Assembly (NCBI GenBank): GCA_965242865.1
Contig: CBDETK010000013.1
Span: forward strand, 672,001 to 736,000
Source: Candidatus Latescibacterota bacterium
GTDB taxonomy: Bacteria; Latescibacterota; UBA2968; UBA8231
Length of the DNA stretch: 64,000 bases
Direction: 5' to 3'
In this document: piece by piece, positions 19,222-28,429 of the stretch
How the letters are laid out: every line of letters begins with the position of its first letter
How positions within the stretch are numbered: the stretch's first letter is position 1
Position numbers and translations under genes: made by a program
Notes under the pieces: generated by a model
What the model saw: the letters and a program-made list of their open reading frames with translations, nothing else
Database searches by the model: none
What the model was told of the DNA's origin: nothing

Positions 19222-20379
19222 TTAGTTGACCGCGCCCCGACCGAAGCGCCAGTTGAACAGGGTGATGGTAAAGATGATGACGAACATAAACCACGCCACG
19301 GCGGCCGCGTACCCGAACTCTAGGTTTTCAAAGGCCGAGCGGTAGATGTAGTAGCCGAGCGTCACGGTGTTGTCCCCGTCCTTGCCCGGGCCGCCATTGG
19401 TCATCAAGTAGGCGATCTCAAAGCCGCCTTGCAGGCCGCCGATGATGGACATGACGCATATAAAAAAGGTCGTAGGGGCGATCATCGGCCACGTGATGTG
19501 CCAAAACTGCTGCCACTTAGACGCTCCGTCGATGTCCGAGGCTTCGTACAGCTCCTCGGGCACGTTGGCGAGGGCCGCCAGATAGAGGATCATGTTGCCC
19601 CCGCCCATAGACGCCCAGATGCCCATGAAAATGATGGCCGTTTTGGCCCAGTAGGCCGCTTGCTCTAGGCCGAGCCAACTCAGCCAGCCCAAATCGACGC
19701 TGCTCGACAGCCAGTTGGGCAAATCGTCGATGCTGTCGAGGCCAGACAGGAGGGCTAGACGCCCGGACAGCCACGCCCAAGGGCCGCCGTATTCGGAGAG
19801 GCCGCTGACGATCCAGTAGAGCGCGGCCGCGGCGAGGAGGACCAACGCGACTTGGGCCGAGCGCGCGGCCGCGGCCTTGCGCGCCAGCGATTGCAGCACC
19901 AAGCCCACCCCCACCAGCACCGCGCCGCGCACCGCCAGCGAGAGATAGGGCCAAGAGAGCACGGGCAAGAGGACGGAGTTGACCAGCCCGTACTTGGGGT
20001 TGTAGAGCCACTTCCACAGCAAGAATAGCGCGACCCCGTTGGTGACGGTAGGCAGGTAGAACACCGTGCGATAGACGATGATGCCGCGCAGCTTTTGCGA
20101 GAGGACGATGGCCAACAGGAGCGAGCCGCCAATGGACAGGGGCAGGCCCAGCATGAGAAAAACCGTGTTGTACAGGTAAAACCACAGCTTGGGGTCGGTC
20201 AGCAGCCGGATGAAGTTGTCGAAGCCGATGAAGCGGGGCGCGGAGAACGTGTCCCACTGAAAGAACGCGAGGCCAAAGGAGAACAGCACCGGCAGGGAGG
20301 TGAAGACCAAAAACCCGGTCAGATTGGGCGCGAGGAAGAGCAGCGCCCAGCGCATAATTCTCTTTTCGCGGGGCTTCAA
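19222..20379 (-). CDS. Carbohydrate ABC transporter permease (MalF-like)
   Basis: LFLAPN, FIGFDNF, YRTVFYLP, LYEASDIDGASKWQQFWHITWP, FGYAAA. Confidence 0.9.
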   Translation of the reverse strand: MKPREKRIMRWALLFLAPNLTGFLVFTSLPVLFSFGLAFFQWDTFSAPRFIGFDNFIRLLTDPKLWFYLYNTVFLMLGLPLSIGGSLLLAIVLSQKLRGIIVYRTVFYLPTVTNGVALFLLWKWLYNPKYGLVNSVLLPVLSWPYLSLAVRGAVLVGVGLVLQSLARKAAAARSAQVALVLLAAAALYWIVSGLSEYGGPWAWLSGRLALLSGLDSIDDLPNWLSSSVDLGWLSWLGLEQAAYWAKTAIIFMGIWASMGGGNMILYLAALANVPEELYEASDIDGASKWQQFWHITWPMIAPTTFFICVMSIIGGLQGGFEIAYLMTNGGPGKDGDNTVTLGYYIYRSAFENLEFGYAAAVAWFMFVIIFTITLFNWRFGRGAVN

Positions 20380-22085
20380 GCGTCCATCTCCGCGCGTTGC
20401 CGCCGGGCGTAGAACGCCAAGCCGCCGCCGAGTGCCACTAGGAGGGCTGCGATTCCGAGGAGGTCGAGCATGTGGCTGCGGCTGGAGAGGGTGCGATGGC
20501 GTTTGGCCTTGGCGAGGGACTCGCGCATGCGGGCGGCCATTTCAGCGACGGCCGCTTGGCCCACCGTGGGGTTGCCCACTGCGCTGAGGTTGGGCGTGCG
20601 GCCGAGGAAGCGATAGGTCTGGCGGGCCGTTGAATCGGCTGGCTGGTACGCCGCGTTGATCAGGTTGGTGCTCAACGCGCCCTGCAAGCGGGTGATGTCA
20701 AAGGCGGCTCCGTAGGCCGCGGCCTGCTCGGCCACTGTGTGCTCCATGGCGTCGAGCAGGGCCGAGCGGTGCTGGTCCTCGTCCGGGAACTCGGGGTCGG
20801 GTTGGGAGAAATAGCGCACCGAAAACTGCTTGCGACTGCCAAAGGCATCGGCGTCTTTGGTCAACAAGTTGTTGAAATCTGGACTGGACAAGTATTCCAA
20901 AAAGTAAAAGGCCGCCCGCTCGTGCTCGGTGCCTCGGCGGATGGCCGTCACCCGCCCGCCCATCTCGGCGGCCTTGCCGCGGTCGCGGCCCGTGGGGCTG
21001 ACCTCGCCCCAAGGGCCGTCGCGCCGGCTCGGCTGGGCGCGCAGCTCCGGGTCGCTCATCCAGCGTTCCCACTCGGCGTAGGGCACGTAGCGGGGCATGG
21101 GGTAAATCTCCGTGGTAAAGCGGGCTTCGCGGCGCACCTTGATCAGCCCCCAGCGCCCGATGAGGATGGTGCCCAGTTTGCCGGCCGTGTACAGCCCGAG
21201 GATGGATTGCCCGCCCCAACCGCCGCCGCCTGTTTGCGCGGATTGGTCTTCGGCCGAGGGGACGACGTGGAAGGTGTTGACCAGATCGTACAGGTACTGG
21301 GCGGCCGCGGCGCCGGCTGGGGAATCGAGGGCGATCGCAGTGCCGTCGTCGTTGAGGAGGCGGCCGCCGGCTTGGTAGATGATGTTGTTCAGCCCCCCGC
21401 CAAAGCCCGGGCCGCCCGACCCAAAGGTCTCGTAGCGGCGGTCATCGGCACTCTTTTTGGTCAGGGCTTGGCACAAGAGGACGTAATCCCACCAAGTCCA
21501 GTGGTTCCACGGCAAGGGCGGCATGGCCAAGTTTTGCGCTTGCCGCTGGCGGGCGACCGCGTCGTAGAGCGAGCGGTTGAGAAAGGTGACGCTGGTGGTG
21601 ACGTTGTTGGGGACGGCAAAGATGCGAAAGCGCTCGTACTCGTCGGCGTCGGCCGGCGCGCCGGCTACGGGCACGGCGAGGGCGTTGCGCCGATGCAGCC
21701 AGAAGTCGTCGAGGCTCAGCTTGGCCTCGCGCATGTAGTCGTTTAGCTCGACCATGACGCCCTTTGAGGCGTAGAGCGCGAAGGTCGCATAGCTGTAGAT
21801 GTCAAAGACGTCGGGCCCGGACCCGGCCGCCGCTTGGGTGAGAATTTTTTGCACGTCCGCGCTCGGGTCGAGGACGACGCGCACCTTCTTGTCTTCGTAG
21901 AGCCGGTTGAACAGGGCCATTTGTTCGGTGCGGGCCGGATTGGGGTCTGAAGCCCAGCGGATGACCGTGTACTCGCCGCCGGCCGACGGATCGTCGGGAT
22001 AGACGGACAGGCCCCAGCGGTTGAGGGCGTACCAACCGGCCAAAATCAGGGCGAGGACGACGAGGGTCGTAGATAGATCGCGCAA
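20376..22085 (-). CDS. Carbohydrate ABC substrate-binding protein (family 1) with N- and C-terminal hydrophobic anchors
   Basis: AAGSGPDVF, MVELNDY, WTWWDY, F..GK-like YTAGKLG, AAFYFLEYL; operonic with two permeases. Confidence 0.75.
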   Translation of the reverse strand: MRDLSTTLVVLALILAGWYALNRWGLSVYPDDPSAGGEYTVIRWASDPNPARTEQMALFNRLYEDKKVRVVLDPSADVQKILTQAAAGSGPDVFDIYSYATFALYASKGVMVELNDYMREAKLSLDDFWLHRRNALAVPVAGAPADADEYERFRIFAVPNNVTTSVTFLNRSLYDAVARQRQAQNLAMPPLPWNHWTWWDYVLLCQALTKKSADDRRYETFGSGGPGFGGGLNNIIYQAGGRLLNDDGTAIALDSPAGAAAAQYLYDLVNTFHVVPSAEDQSAQTGGGGWGGQSILGLYTAGKLGTILIGRWGLIKVRREARFTTEIYPMPRYVPYAEWERWMSDPELRAQPSRRDGPWGEVSPTGRDRGKAAEMGGRVTAIRRGTEHERAAFYFLEYLSSPDFNNLLTKDADAFGSRKQFSVRYFSQPDPEFPDEDQHRSALLDAMEHTVAEQAAAYGAAFDITRLQGALSTNLINAAYQPADSTARQTYRFLGRTPNLSAVGNPTVGQAAVAEMAARMRESLAKAKRHRTLSSRSHMLDLLGIAALLVALGGGLAFYARRQRAEMDA

Positions 22086-22357
22086 GGAAAAACCCGTTGA
22101 GGATGCGAGGCGAAAGGGGCAAGTGTAAAAAAAAATGCCGGCTTGTCAATGCGCTGCCAGACTGCCGGACTGAATAACTATGCCTATTAACTAAATAAAA
22201 TTCCTTGACATGCCTGCGGATAGCGCATACATTGCCGCTTTCGTTTTTCGCCCATTCCATTAACTGTTCGTTGCCAAAGGCATCGACAAACTCCGGGCCA
22301 AGTCTTGGGCTTGGCCGCCATTCATCCAACTCATTCCATCCTATTGGAGGTTTTCAA

Positions 22358-23278
22358 ATGAAGCGCTTTAGTCTTCTCGCCTTGGTCGCGGTGATGGCTG
22401 CTTCGGCGGCTTTCGCGCATCAGGCTAATTATTTCATGCCGCAGATTCCCAACCCGGACAACATGGTCATCGACGGCAACGACGACGACTGGGGTTGGAT
22501 TGACCCGGCTTTTGCCATCAACCCGGACACCATGTTTGAGATTCTCGGCAGCGAGTGGCCCCCGGCCAAAGACGACTGGGACTGCATTCTCTACGTGGCT
22601 TGGAGCTCGGCACCCGACAACTCGCTCTACTACTTTGCGCGGGTTACGGACGATTCGCTGGGCCTGTTCGTGGAGAACCCGCAGGAGTATTGGAAGGACG
22701 ATTCACTCGAAATCATCATTGACGCCGACCACTCGAGCGAGAACTTCAACGAGACCGAGATGACCTCCGGCCAGCAGTACGGCATCCGCATTCTGCCCGC
22801 CGCCGGTCAGAAGGATACGTGGATTTTCAACGTGCCGCAGGAGAGCATCCTGTGGTCGACCGAGCGTCCGTGGTTCGTCTATGAGTGGACCCTCGACCCG
22901 CCGGACGCCCGTCCGCTGGAGCAGCCCGCGGGTAGCTCGGTGACCTATACGTACGAGGTCAAGCAGGCCGTGTGGACCTTCCACGACAAGACGGGTTCCG
23001 AGGCCAGCGCACGCCACAACTTTGCCTCGGACCAGATCATCGGTCTGACCTTCCAGTTTGACGAGACCGAGAATCCCGAGGTGGGCCGCGAAAAGCAGCC
23101 GGGCACCACGCCGGTCAACGGCGCATTCCAAGACAACTCGAATGGCTCGGACTTCATCACGGTGGAGACCGAGGGTGCTACGGGCGGCACGGGTATGAGT
23201 GGCGGTGGCGACGACGATGACGGTACGTCGGTTGAGGCCGATAGCTGGGGCCGGATCAAGAGCTACATGGCCAACTAA
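22358..23278 (+). CDS. Secreted CBM9/DOMON-like protein with SWG-x-IK tail
   Basis: GGAGG RBS; signal peptide MKRFSLLALVAVMAASAAFA; MVIDGNDDDW, YVAWS, DSLEIIIDAD; ends TSVEADSWGRIKSYMAN. Confidence 0.65.
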   Translation: MKRFSLLALVAVMAASAAFAHQANYFMPQIPNPDNMVIDGNDDDWGWIDPAFAINPDTMFEILGSEWPPAKDDWDCILYVAWSSAPDNSLYYFARVTDDSLGLFVENPQEYWKDDSLEIIIDADHSSENFNETEMTSGQQYGIRILPAAGQKDTWIFNVPQESILWSTERPWFVYEWTLDPPDARPLEQPAGSSVTYTYEVKQAVWTFHDKTGSEASARHNFASDQIIGLTFQFDETENPEVGREKQPGTTPVNGAFQDNSNGSDFITVETEGATGGTGMSGGGDDDDGTSVEADSWGRIKSYMAN

Positions 23279-23323
23279 GGCACACCGCTAGCGTCTTTAG
23301 CTAGGCGCAAGAAGTAGATGTAG

Positions 23324-23363
23324 ATAAGGGGAGATGAGGGCGACTTCATCTCCCTTTATTTTT
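23324..23363 (+). terminator. Rho-independent terminator
   Basis: ATAAGGGGAGATGA-loop-TCATCTCCCTTTAT stem followed by a T run, just after the stop at 23278. Confidence 0.75.
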
Positions 23364-23405
23364 GGGGCTTATATAGTTGTCTAAGCGGATAGGGTTTTTT
23401 TGACG

Positions 23406-23488
23406 ATTTAACCAAATTTGGCAAATTCATCAAAGTTTTTGAACTCGAATGTTTTACAAATTTAACCAAATTTAGCAAAATTTGTAAA
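23406..23488. promoter_or_regulatory. AT-rich putative regulatory region with direct and inverted repeats at the head of the cassette array
   Basis: ATTTAACCAAATTT(G/A)GCAAA at 23406 and 23460; inverted repeat TTTACAAATTT (23453) / AAATTTGTAAA (23478). Confidence 0.5.
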
Positions 23489-23553
23489 GATTTTATGCCG
23501 ATGCACCCTGCTTAGGCATCTATATAATTCCCTTATTTTTTAGAGGACGCAAA

Positions 23554-24111
23554 ATGCGGACGTATAGAACGATCATCGGGATGTTGTTGGCCGTCCTGCC
23601 AATGGGCGATGCGGAAGCGGTAGAGCAAGAGAAACGCCGCCCTTTTGACATAGAAAACAGGGGCCTGCGATTGCTCGCAAAGGTGGCCGCTGGGACTGCT
23701 TCGGGGGTCGCTGTTACAGCCATAGCTATTGATGTTCAGGCCGCAATATATCAACCTTCAGAGGTGCCCACTTCCGGCCATGAAGGGATAGCCTTTCTTG
23801 CTTACGGCGCCCTTTTCGGCGGTACGGTCGGCTTCCCAATAGGTGTGAGCGCTGTTGATCCTCACGATTCTTTCGTCGCGACACTCATGGGCGGTATTAT
23901 GGTTGGCGGGGTTGGCTATGCCTTGGTAGGAGCTGGGCGGGGCTCATGGGTATCGGTTATAGGGGGAGCGGTGGCCTTATGCGGTCCTCTTATTAGTTCA
24001 CTCTATGCGTCAGAGAAGTCGCGCCAGCTTCCTCAAGACCGCCGGGTCTCCTTCGGTTTGGTGCCGCAGCCCCAAAGGAGCTTGTCGGCGGTCGTTACAC
24101 TGCGCTTTTAA
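23554..24111 (+). CDS. Secreted or membrane Gly-rich protein with C-terminal beta-hairpin ending LRF
   Basis: Signal peptide; four Gly-rich hydrophobic segments; ends RVSFGLVPQPQRSLSAVVTLRF. Paralog of 30036..30860. Confidence 0.6.
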   Translation: MRTYRTIIGMLLAVLPMGDAEAVEQEKRRPFDIENRGLRLLAKVAAGTASGVAVTAIAIDVQAAIYQPSEVPTSGHEGIAFLAYGALFGGTVGFPIGVSAVDPHDSFVATLMGGIMVGGVGYALVGAGRGSWVSVIGGAVALCGPLISSLYASEKSRQLPQDRRVSFGLVPQPQRSLSAVVTLRF

Positions 24112-24129
24112 TTCTTTCAATAACGGGAG

Positions 24130-25008
24130 GTGCTTATGAGTGCTGCAATTACCGTGTTGTCGCGGCCTTTGGGGTCAGTGAAGCACCTTCTGGCGGCGGT
24201 CTTGGTCGGTCTGTTGGACAGCGGGTCTGCCATTGCGGACGCCAGCGACTGGTTGCCGCTGGCCGTGGGCAATTCGTGGACGTATGCACATCAATACCGC
24301 GAATACGGAAAGGACCGGAGCCAATGGACCAACTACACGGCTCAATTCAGCACACTCGGCACCCCGCAGTTCACCCTTTCGGTGTTGCGCACCGAGGTTA
24401 TCGATGGCAAGACCTACTTCGTCATCAGCGATATGCCGGAGTATTGGCCGCCGGTGCCGCCGCAGTTCATAGCAGGTAAGAAGCTACGGTGGGTAGGCGA
24501 CCAACTGATGGAGCGTACCGCCGATGGCGAGCAAGCCCTGTTCCGCTTTGGCGGCACTAGTGGAGCCAGCGGCGCCAGCGGCGAAGTTAGCTATACCGTC
24601 CCCACCTCAGAGGGAACCCTCCGCGTCACCGCACGGGAAAGCCGCTCCAAGCATACCCACGACAATCATTTCAGCTTTAGTGGCGGCGCAGAGGCCGCTG
24701 GTCCCTCTAATTGGTACGAATTGTTGGGAAGCGAGTCGGGGGCGACGGGTGAGTCGGGGGTAATGGTCGGGTTGGGGGCAGGTATCATCTTCCTAAAGGG
24801 TTTCGGTGTCCAACAATGTCAGATGGCACTCTACGGTGGCGATGCGCCGCTATTCATAAACACACAAGCAGCGAAACACGCGGTGCTCGATGGGCGTACC
24901 GTGACGGCTCGGGAAGCCAAGGCGGCGGCGGGTCAGGCTTCGTCCTCGGATGCAAGTAGCATTGAGCGACTTTCTTGGGGAGCCGTCAAACAGGAAGGCC
25001 GCGAATGA
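24130..25008 (+). CDS. Secreted PLxVGNxWxY-family protein with SWG tail
   Basis: Signal peptide; DWLPLAVGNSWTY; TEVIDGKTYFV; ends SSIERLSWGAVKQEGRE. Confidence 0.7.
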   Translation: MLMSAAITVLSRPLGSVKHLLAAVLVGLLDSGSAIADASDWLPLAVGNSWTYAHQYREYGKDRSQWTNYTAQFSTLGTPQFTLSVLRTEVIDGKTYFVISDMPEYWPPVPPQFIAGKKLRWVGDQLMERTADGEQALFRFGGTSGASGASGEVSYTVPTSEGTLRVTARESRSKHTHDNHFSFSGGAEAAGPSNWYELLGSESGATGESGVMVGLGAGIIFLKGFGVQQCQMALYGGDAPLFINTQAAKHAVLDGRTVTAREAKAAAGQASSSDASSIERLSWGAVKQEGRE

Positions 25009-25916
25009 ATCGGCTCTCGCTGGTGCTGTGCATCCTACTGGCACCGCCTGTCGCTGCACAGGATGAAGTGGTCTTTGAGGGAAGTCCAATGGATTTTCTC
25101 CCGTTGCAGGTCGGTAATCAGTGGACCTATGAGCAACACTACTTAAACAGCTTTTACAACAAATTTGAGATCGTAGAGGGGGTCGTAAGACAATATGCTG
25201 GCTGGGGCCCCAGCGCAGAATACGATCTCTCCTCGTGGAGGGCCATACGGGAGGTATGGGAGATACCCGGGTATCCTTTAACCGATCGCTATGAGCCGGA
25301 ATCGCCGTTATTCGACCTCCTCAGTGATTTTTATGTCACGCGCGAGCTAACCCTTGAAATTACTCATACTGAGACGATTGAGGGCCATGCGTACTTTGTC
25401 TTTAGCAAGCCCTCCGATTGGCCGCCCGTGCCCACTCTCTTCTTGGCTGGTCAGAAGGTGCGCTTCTCCGATGCAGGGGTTCTACTCGTGCGCCAGCAGG
25501 AGCAAGACATCCCCCTCTATGACTTTGCTCCGCCGTATATGCCTTTTACCGACCCCGACTATGTCACGAAGGACTATACCACGCCACCATATCCTGTGCT
25601 ATACGACCACTTTCTGGTCTCGCGACCCCTTCCAATTCGTCGCCTCTTATTGTTCGACCGAGCATTTGTCTCTTTTTTTAGGGTACAAAATTTCAGTAAA
25701 GTTTATTTTCTAGCAAACTATGGGCTTTTCAAATACGAGATAACTGATTTCTCCGAGCCGGGGGACCTTCCGAGCAATGAGAATACTTTTTACCCGGTCT
25801 CGGCGGTTATTGATGGCCAACCAATCGAAGCCCCGTCTGGCCTACGCCTTGGGTACACGCATGTTCAGTCCACCTCTTGGGGCCAACTCAAAGCGCGGCA
25901 CTGGCCGCGACCATAA
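25005..25916 (+). CDS. Secreted PLxVGNxWxY-family protein with SWG tail
   Basis: ATGA overlap with the upstream gene; signal peptide MNRLSLVLCILLAPPVAA; DFLPLQVGNQWTY; ends THVQSTSWGQLKARHWPRP. Confidence 0.7.
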   Translation: MNRLSLVLCILLAPPVAAQDEVVFEGSPMDFLPLQVGNQWTYEQHYLNSFYNKFEIVEGVVRQYAGWGPSAEYDLSSWRAIREVWEIPGYPLTDRYEPESPLFDLLSDFYVTRELTLEITHTETIEGHAYFVFSKPSDWPPVPTLFLAGQKVRFSDAGVLLVRQQEQDIPLYDFAPPYMPFTDPDYVTKDYTTPPYPVLYDHFLVSRPLPIRRLLLFDRAFVSFFRVQNFSKVYFLANYGLFKYEITDFSEPGDLPSNENTFYPVSAVIDGQPIEAPSGLRLGYTHVQSTSWGQLKARHWPRP

Positions 25917-25953
25917 GAATCGCTCCCACAGACTGTGGCCTTTTCCCTGCGAT
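25914..25953 (+). repeat. 40-bp direct repeat, copy 1 (left of the AlbA_2 gene)
   Basis: TAAGAATCGCTCCCACAGACTGTGGCCTTTTCCCTGCGAT; 37/40 identical to 27420-27459. Confidence 0.85.
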
Positions 25954-26000
25954 TAGGCTTGCGAACGAATGTCTTTCACCTCACCCCGGTTCGGCGAATA

Positions 26001-27422
26001 ATGGCGATGCGTATTGCTGATCTTCTCAGGCGCGAGGAAGACAAGACGCTGGAATTTAAGCGGGACGTGTCTTCACCTAAAAACCTGCTGAAAACCCTAG
26101 TGGCCTTTGCCAACACCGCGGGGGGGCGGGTGATCGTCGGCGTGGACGATCGGTCGCGCGCGTTGGTCGGGGTAGAGAACCCACTCGATGCAGAGGAACG
26201 GCTTTGCAACCTGATCGCGGACTCCATCCGACCGCGCCTAGTTCCGAATGTCGAGATGACGACGGTCAACGGCAAAACCTTGCTCGTGGTAGAAGTGTTT
26301 CTGAGCGGGTCCCGGCCGCACTGGTTGCAGGCCGAAGGCCCTGAGCACGGGGCCTATGTCCGCTTAGGCTCCACCAATCGGCTGGCCGATCGGGAATTGC
26401 TGGCCGACCTGAGACGCTCGACCGAAGGCGTTGCTTTTGACGAGCTTCCCATGCCCGAGCTGTCGGTTGCCGATTTGGACTTGGCGGTGCTCAAGGAGCT
26501 ATTCCACGACCGGCGCGACCTCGGCGAACGGGAGCTGCTCACCCTGAGACTGCTGACCAACGAGCAGGGGCGACGAGTGCCCACGCAGGGAGCGGTTTTG
26601 CTCGTCGGCCGAGAACGGGCAAGGTTTTTTCCCGACGCTTGGGTGCAGTGCGGGCGCTTTATCGGGCGGGACAAAGCGGATATTTTCGATCACGTCGAAC
26701 TGCACGACCCGCTGCCGCAAGCGGTTGAAAGCATCCTGTTGTTTCTCAAGAAACACGCCATGCGCGGGGCCGACTTTTCCGCAATCCGTCGCCGAGACCG
26801 CTGGAGCATTCCCCTTGGAATTTTGCGCGAGGCGGTCATTAACGCGCTGGTTCACGCTGATTATTCGCAGAAGGGGGGGCCTATTCGGGTGGCTTTTTTT
26901 GACGACCGCATTGAGGTCGAAAACCCCGGCATCCTCCTGCCGGGTCTGACCCTCGACGACATTCGCCAGGGCCTCTCAAAAATTCGCAACCACGTCATTG
27001 CGCGGGTCTTCCGCGAGTTGAACCTGATTGAGCAGTGGGGCAGCGGCATCCCCCGCATGTTCCGCGAGGCGGAAGAGCTGGGGCTACCGGAGTTACAGAT
27101 TGCGGAAATCGGGATGCGGATGCGCGTTACCGTGCCGTTGCCTGAGAACATCGCGGCTCTGAAGGCCACCGAACAAGCGACCGAACAAGCGACCGAACAA
27201 GTAAAACGCATTCTTAACTGCCTCAAAAGTAAACCCTTGAGCGTCCGCGAGGCCATGGATGTCCTTGGGTTACACCATCGTCCGACGTTCCTCTACAACT
27301 ACCTACATCCGGTCTTAGATACCGGCCTCGTTGAAAGGACGCAGCCCGAGTCGCCGAGGAGTCCCAAGCAGAAGTACCGCCTAACCGCAAGGGGGAAGCA
27401 GGTGCTTTTTGAAGGCGACTAA
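26001..27422 (+). CDS. Schlafen/AlbA_2 domain + RecG-C-like (HATPase_c_4) domain + C-terminal wHTH protein
   Basis: EDKTLEFKR, LVAFANTAGGRVIVGVDD, YVRLGST, LREAVINALVHADY, DRIEVENPG, IEQWGSG, (ATEQ)x3 linker, SPKQKYRLT. Confidence 0.88.
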   Translation: MAMRIADLLRREEDKTLEFKRDVSSPKNLLKTLVAFANTAGGRVIVGVDDRSRALVGVENPLDAEERLCNLIADSIRPRLVPNVEMTTVNGKTLLVVEVFLSGSRPHWLQAEGPEHGAYVRLGSTNRLADRELLADLRRSTEGVAFDELPMPELSVADLDLAVLKELFHDRRDLGERELLTLRLLTNEQGRRVPTQGAVLLVGRERARFFPDAWVQCGRFIGRDKADIFDHVELHDPLPQAVESILLFLKKHAMRGADFSAIRRRDRWSIPLGILREAVINALVHADYSQKGGPIRVAFFDDRIEVENPGILLPGLTLDDIRQGLSKIRNHVIARVFRELNLIEQWGSGIPRMFREAEELGLPELQIAEIGMRMRVTVPLPENIAALKATEQATEQATEQVKRILNCLKSKPLSVREAMDVLGLHHRPTFLYNYLHPVLDTGLVERTQPESPRSPKQKYRLTARGKQVLFEGD

Positions 27423-27459
27423 GAATCGCCTCCACAGACTGTGGCCTTTTCCCCGCGAT
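27420..27459 (+). repeat. 40-bp direct repeat, copy 2 (right of the AlbA_2 gene)
   Basis: TAAGAATCGCCTCCACAGACTGTGGCCTTTTCCCCGCGAT. Confidence 0.85.
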
Positions 27460-27467
27460 ATAGGGCA

Positions 27468-27533
27468 AAGCACCTTCTGTCGGCGGTCTTGGTCGGCCTG
27501 TTGGACAGCGGATCGGCTGTTGCGGACGCCAGC
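27468..27533 (+). pseudogene. Remnant of the signal-peptide region of a PLxVGN-family gene
   Basis: AAGCACCTTCTGTCGGCGGTCTTGGTCGGCCTGTTGGACAGCGGATCGGCTGTTGCGGACGCCAGC closely matches 24181-24246, 43507-43572 and 44554-44619. Confidence 0.8.
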
Positions 27534-27682
27534 CTGCCGACCCGCGCCCCTTAGTGGACAGCCCGTTGGAAGCGAGTTATTATACTCTACCTTTATAAAT
27601 GGACGCAGAGGACGACGCTTTGCGGACGATGGGCAAAATAGCCCTGATTCGCTGAGGAAAGAGCATGAGGAGGGCACACTTG

Positions 27683-28429
27683 ATGAGCATACGCAATTTC
27701 GCAATGAATGGGCTGTTGGCAGCCCTGTATCTGTTGGTGCTGGCCGGGTGCCTCTCGCAGGTGGGGCTGCGGCGCTTTGCCACGTTTCCCGAACCCATGC
27801 CGCAGCAAGACGAGGCCATGACCGTCCTCGACGATGGTGCTATTGTCTATGCCAAAGATCGCTTGGAGATCTCGCTGCAGGTGTTGGACGATGGCTTCCT
27901 CAATCGCCAGTTCGCGGCGAATTCGAGGAAAGGGGCTGAATCGACCAATCCATACACCTATGGCGATTGGAAGCCTTGGGGCCAAAATTGGACCCCAGCG
28001 CGCTTTACCGTGGTGTTGCTCAAGGTCAAAAACTACGAGTACCCCAAGGTCTTTATCGACCCCTCGGCGTTGGTGATCACCACGTCGAACAACCGAGTGT
28101 ACAACGCGCTCGACGGCGGTCAGCTCGAAGATTATTTCAGCCCGTATCTGCGGGCGTATGCCGGCAATCAGCGGCAGCAATTTGAGGCGACTACCGATTT
28201 GCTCAAGCGCACTGTGTATCCGCCCGACATGGTCTTTTCCGGCCAAGAGTCCACGGGCTACATCATCTTTCCGGTGCTGCACCGCGACGTGAGCGACTTC
28301 ACAGTCAGCGTCCCGGACATGGCCGTGCGCTTCGACTACAAAGGAGAGCCCGTGGAGACTCTCGACCTAGGGTTCAAATTCCAACGCGAGATTTACTACG
28401 CGCTGCATCCGCGCCCGGAGACGCCGTAA
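27683..28429 (+). CDS. Lipoprotein of unknown function
   Basis: GAGGAGG RBS; lipobox LLVLAG-C; TAATG coupling to the next gene. Confidence 0.7.
   Translation: MSIRNFAMNGLLAALYLLVLAGCLSQVGLRRFATFPEPMPQQDEAMTVLDDGAIVYAKDRLEISLQVLDDGFLNRQFAANSRKGAESTNPYTYGDWKPWGQNWTPARFTVVLLKVKNYEYPKVFIDPSALVITTSNNRVYNALDGGQLEDYFSPYLRAYAGNQRQQFEATTDLLKRTVYPPDMVFSGQESTGYIIFPVLHRDVSDFTVSVPDMAVRFDYKGEPVETLDLGFKFQREIYYALHPRPETP

Noticed and set aside
27165-27200. 12-bp repeat x3 (ATEQ) as a special element
   Set aside because: Short in-frame linker repeats before the wHTH are usual in this protein family.
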